Below are positions 59,242 to 64,000 of a stretch of DNA of 64,000 nt, in pieces (the first letter of the stretch is position 1; each line of letters starts with the position of its first letter). This DNA is from Mytilus californianus (Eukaryota): positions 1,860,001-1,924,000 of the forward strand of contig NW_026262686.1 of NCBI RefSeq assembly GCF_021869535.1. The letters are read 5' to 3'. The notes beneath the pieces were generated by a model. The model saw only the letters and a list, made by a program, of their open reading frames with translations. It ran no database searches and was not told the DNA's origin. The position numbers and the translations under genes were made by a program.

Positions 59242-60700
59242 ATGTAGAACCAGCCAGAATAACCATTTACAACTTATCATAATCTATAATGTAGAACCAG
59301 CCAGAATAACCATTTACAACTTATCATAATCTATAATGTAGAACCAGCCAGAATAACTATTTACAACTTATCATAATCTATAATGTAGAACCAGCCAGAA
59401 TAACCATTTACAACTTATCATAATCTATAATGTAGAACCAGCCAGAATAACCATTTACAACTTATCATAATCTATAATGTAGAACCAGCCAGAATAACCA
59501 TTTATAACTTATCATAATCTATAATGTAGAACCAGCCAGAATAACCATTTACAACTTATCATAATCTATAATGTAGAACCAGCCAGAATAACCATTTACA
59601 ACTTATCATAAAATCTATAATGTAGAACCAGCCAGAATAACCATTTACAACTTATCATAATCTATAATGTAGAACCAGCCAGAATAACCATGTACAACTT
59701 ATCATAATCTATAATGTAGAACCAGCCAGAATAACCATGTACAACTTATCATAATCTATAATGTAGAACCAGCCAGAATAACCATTTACAACTTATCATA
59801 ATCTATAATGTAGAACCAGCCAGAATAACCATTTACAACTTATCATAATCTATAATGTAGAACCAGCCAGAATAACCATTTACAACTTATCATAATCTAT
59901 AATGTAGAACCAGCCAGAATAACCATTTATAACTTATCATAATCTATAATGTAGAACCAGCCAGAATAACCATTTACAACTTATCATAATCTATAATGTA
60001 GAACCAGCCAGAATAACCATTTACAACTTATCATAATCTATAATGTAGAACCAGCCAGAATAACCATTTATAACTTATCATAATCTATAATGTAGAACCA
60101 GCCAGAATAACCATTTACAACTTATCATAATCTATAATGTAGAACCAGCCAGAATAACCATTTACAACTTATCATAATCTATAATGTAGAACCAGCCAGA
60201 ATAACCATTTACAACTTATCATAATCTATAATGTAGAACCAGCCAGAATAACCATTTATAACTTATCATAATCTATAATGTAGAACCAGCCAGAATAACC
60301 ATTTACAACTTATCATAATCTATAATGTAGAACCAGCCAGAATAACCATTTACAACTTATCATAATCTATAATGTAGAACCAGCCAGAATAACCATTTAC
60401 AACTTATCATAATCTATAATGTAGAACCAGCCAGAATAACCATTTATAACTTATCATAATCTATAATGTAGAACCAGCCAGAATAACCATTTACAACTTA
60501 TCATAATCTATAATGTAGAACCAGCCAGAATAACCATTTACAACTTATCATAATCTATAATGTAGAACCAGCCAGAATAACCATTTACAACTTATCATAA
60601 TCTATAATGTAGAACCAGCCAGAATAACCATTTACAACTTATCATAATCTATAATGTAGAACCAGCCAGAATAACCATTTACAACTTATCATAATCTATA
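59242..60700. repeat. 47-bp highly homogeneous tandem array, about 31 copies
   Basis: Unit tgtagaaccagccagaataaccatttacaacttatcataatctataa. Confidence 0.97.
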
Positions 60701-60733
60701 AGGCATTCTTTTTATCATTTTGTTTTAATTTAG

Positions 60734-60806
60734 GGAGACGTAATAAAGTCGGTTGGAGAGGAATTGTGGAAAGAAGTAGAGAATGCTTACAGAGATTCTG
60801 GAAAAA
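60734..60806 (+). CDS. Probable internal exon (73 nt) of an unidentified plus-strand gene
   Basis: Long pyrimidine tract ttttatcattttgttttaatttag| and donor |gtaagt; two frames are open (GDVIKSVGEELWKEVENAYRDSGK or RRNKVGWRGIVERSRECLQRFWK); GC/purine-richer than the flanks. Confidence 0.5.
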
Positions 60807-60919
60807 GTAAGTGATACATTTAATTTATAAGCAAACCAGAATCAATGATCTACAAACACATAGCAAAACATACAATTTTTATATGACTGCAAAACTTTTG
60901 TGTTAATATTATGTTATGG

Positions 60920-61860
60920 TGATGTCTGCGTCGTTGACATTATGGTTTCTAGACATTAACTTGAATATAAGTGTATGGATCTCTATGAAACTGTAGCACA
61001 AGGTTCCATGGATACCATAATAGGAAGGTTGGGATTGATTTTAGGGATTAATGTCCTAGCTGTTTTGGAAATATGAGCCAAAAAGGGGCAAACATAGTTT
61101 TTCATCCTAAGACATTTTGATTTCCAGACCAGAACTTGAGTAGAAGTAGATATAAGAAGATGTGGTATGAGTGCCAATGAGACAACTCTCCATCCAAGTC
61201 ATAATTTGTAAAGGTAAACCATTATAGGTCTAAGTACGGTCTTCAACATGGAGCCTTGGCCCACACCGAACAGCAAGCTATAAAGGGCCCCAAAAAATGA
61301 CTAGTGTATAACCATTGAAACGGAAAAACCAATGGTCTAATCTATAAAAAAAGTCTATATACATAAGTGTATGATTCTTTATGAAATTGTAGCTCAAGGT
61401 TCCATACCACAATTGGATGGTTGGGGGATTGAATTTGGGGGTAATTGTCCTAGCTGTTTATGAATTTGAGGCCAAAAAGATGCCAAAAACAAAAATAAAT
61501 CTTGTTTCAGGACAATAACTTGTATATAAGTTGATGAATCTCTATGAAATTTTATCACAAGGTTCCATACCTCATTAGGAATGTTGGTATTATTTTTGTG
61601 GGTTATTGTCCTTTCTGTTAAGAATTAGAAACCATTTTTTCTTGTTTCAGGACAATAACTAGTGTATATAAGTGTATGGATAACTCTGAAATTTTACCAC
61701 AAGGTTCTATACTTCAAAATGAATGTTGGGGTTGATTTTGGGGGTCATATGGCCCAAACCATTTAAGAATAAGGGTCTGAAAAGGGGCCAAAGACTAGGA
61801 GTTTCTGGACAATAACATAAATATATTAGTCTATGGATGGCCATGAAATTGTACCACATT
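60920..61860 (-). mobile_element. Degenerate core units of the 26545-27625 family, interrupted by an interspersed repeat at 61148-61352
   Basis: Repeated gtgtatggatctctatgaaa..cacaaggttccata motif. Confidence 0.55.
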
Positions 61861-63826
61861 ACCGTATGAAATATTTAGCAGGATTCCTACCAGACTATAG
61901 CAGCTAGGAACTCACATTGAATAAGCAGGAAATTTTAAATTCCTGTTACTCTTTAGACGTACTAGGAAAAACTTTTTTCTGGCAGGATTTTTCATTTTCC
62001 TACAACAATATTCCTGGTATGGGTAACAGGAATAGTTTTTTCTTGTCAGAAAATCTTTTATCAGTAATTTTTTCTTATCTTAGCAGGATTATTATCTTGA
62101 CTAATATTGGTTTGTATTCAATTATCTTTAACTGCATGGATTCCGGTTTGCTAATAACATTTATTTTGCTGTGTTATAAGAAACCAGGTTCCAGTTAACC
62201 AATTCAAAAGTTGGAGGGTAAAAGAATCAGATTGTGTATAAAAAATGCTGCAAAGATTGAATAATTTCAAGGGAAATATTAGATTGTAAGACAGGAATGC
62301 TTATCAGTCAGGGATATAACTCTATAGGGTTATTTGAGAAAATATCTTGCATGTGTTATAACAGATACTTTCATGAGTTGTCTACTCTTTATTCCTTAAT
62401 TTTTTTAAATCTGTAGTAACACATGTTTGTTATTTGTTAAATTAGTCATAAATATTTTAATTTTTAGTGGGCACTTGGGAATTCTTGAAACTTTGCCGTA
62501 GAAACTAAATACATAGCCTTGATAACTAATTTTCGAATTAAATTAATATATTTTTCATCAACCATGGTAAATCAATGAGACAAGGCTTTTAGGGGATAAA
62601 CTTAAGCTTAAGGCTTAGTTATAAAAGACATGTATATGTAACTAATTATACGAGACACTTGGGAATTACTGAGAAGCTTGCGCAGAACCTCATTACATGC
62701 TCTGATCATTATTTCTTACAATAAATTAAAATACATTGTGATTAAGCATGATGTATGTCTGAGCAAAGGCTTTGAAGTGATGTAGAGAAGCTGTAATAAC
62801 ATTATAACACCCTTTAGTTTTTACAGGCATACTTTTTCTGTAATAACATAGGTGTACTATGCACGATTGGCAAACTATGAACTGTTATATCTTTCTATCG
62901 TTTAGTATACATAAAGAGAATGATAATATCAATAGAACTTGTATACATTTTAACCAAACAAATGATGTACAATGTATATTAATTGGCCCTTTGAAATGTG
63001 TAACATACATACGTTATCAGAGTTATAACCTTGACTGCTTATGAAGGTTTTTGAATTTAAGCTACACTTTTTAAAATGTTTTTTGAGGAAGTTTTAATTT
63101 TTTTTCTAATTAGCATGATAGTCAAATTAATTTCAACTAACTAAAAATGGAAATCTTAGTCTTCAATCATATTTTGTCTTATATATATTATAAGTTCATC
63201 TGATCTACATTTTTGTTGTATACATAATAACAGACCAATACTTCTAGACAAAATTGTTTTTGAGAGGTACCAAAAAACACATACATCTATTTCTATCATA
63301 ATTAAATTCACAAACAGATTACAAACCAGGTTTATAACACAACTTTCATATATGGTAGCTGCTTCATGAATTCAAGAGTCAAATTTTACAACAAGAAGTT
63401 TTAATATGTGTTTTCTTTGTTCTTTATGGCAGAGATTCAAACTTAATGAATGACCCAGTTGTGTATATGTGTATATAACTAAGTTTGTAATGTATATTTT
63501 TTAGATTCCTGCTAGAAAATCAATTTTCCTAGTAGGAGTTCATGAAAAAAATCCTACCAGGAATACTCAAATTAGCAGGAAAATTTGACAAATATCCTGG
63601 TAGGAATTTTACTTTCCTACCAAATTATTCCTGCTAATTTGAATATTCCTGGTAAAAATCACATTATTCCTACTAAGAAAATCCTGCTAATTTAAATTTT
63701 TCTGCGGTTTTCTGTGGCAGATTTCTGCTACAATCAAGCAGGAATATGCACACATTCCTGGTAGGAATTCTTAACAAATTCCTACAAGATTCCTTGTACA
63801 TTCCTGTAGGACTGGTTCGTACAGGT
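61861..63826. mobile_element. Probable non-autonomous DNA transposon with many subterminal repeats (CACTA/EnSpm-like architecture)
   Basis: Dense tagcaggaa/ttcctgcta/cctaccagga motifs at 61870-62100 and 63490-63820; weak TIR accgtatgaa / ttcgtacaggt. Confidence 0.45.
62305..63037. mobile_element. Second copy of the 49505-50264 family, 5-bp TSD cttat
   Basis: cttat|cagtcagggatataactct ... agagttataaccttgactg|cttat; shared interior, e.g. caaccatggtaaatcaatgagacaaggctttt. Confidence 0.85.
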
Positions 63827-64000
63827 GACTTAGGTTCCATAATGTAAAAGTATACTTTATTTTACCCAAAGAAACTGACTTTAAATATATCAAATATAAA
63901 TTGCAATAACTGTCCTTTCCTAGATTTAGATTGTTTTACACAGGAAACTTGACACTAAACTTTACCACAAAAGAGACGATTATTCATTCCCTATTGTTAA

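Overview
AT-rich, repeat-dense eukaryotic DNA. The interspersed-repeat families suggest a bivalve, probably a Mytilus-like mussel (inference). The only host gene I can reconstruct completely is a minus-strand beta-ureidopropionase (UPB1, nitrilase superfamily). It has 14 coding exons between 51811 and 21121, all introns are GT-AG, and the exons total 1155 nt (384 aa plus stop) with the Glu/Lys/Cys catalytic triad intact. The ORF track misses it because the exons are only 27-172 nt. The main discovery is that most tandem arrays inside this gene are amplified copies of its own exon/splice-junction sequence. They derive from the exon 2, 4, 5 and 8 donors, the exon 8 and 9 acceptors and the stop-codon region of exon 14; exon 3 shows weaker traces. 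In each case the true exon copy sits at the edge of the array, and several to about 35 decoy splice-site copies extend into the intron (or stop-codon copies into the 3'UTR). Upstream of the gene, a 5'-truncated APE+RT LINE with an uninterrupted 1097-codon ORF is nested in a TA-flanked MITE. The window also holds five CAG...CTG DNA elements with 5-bp TSDs (hAT5-like), several Helentron/pearl-like (HINE) elements with tandem cores, SINE-like repeats, six further tandem arrays outside the gene, and a probable exon of an unidentified plus-strand gene near 60.7 kb. There are no rRNA, tRNA or CRISPR features. All alignments were made by eye and copy numbers are approximate.
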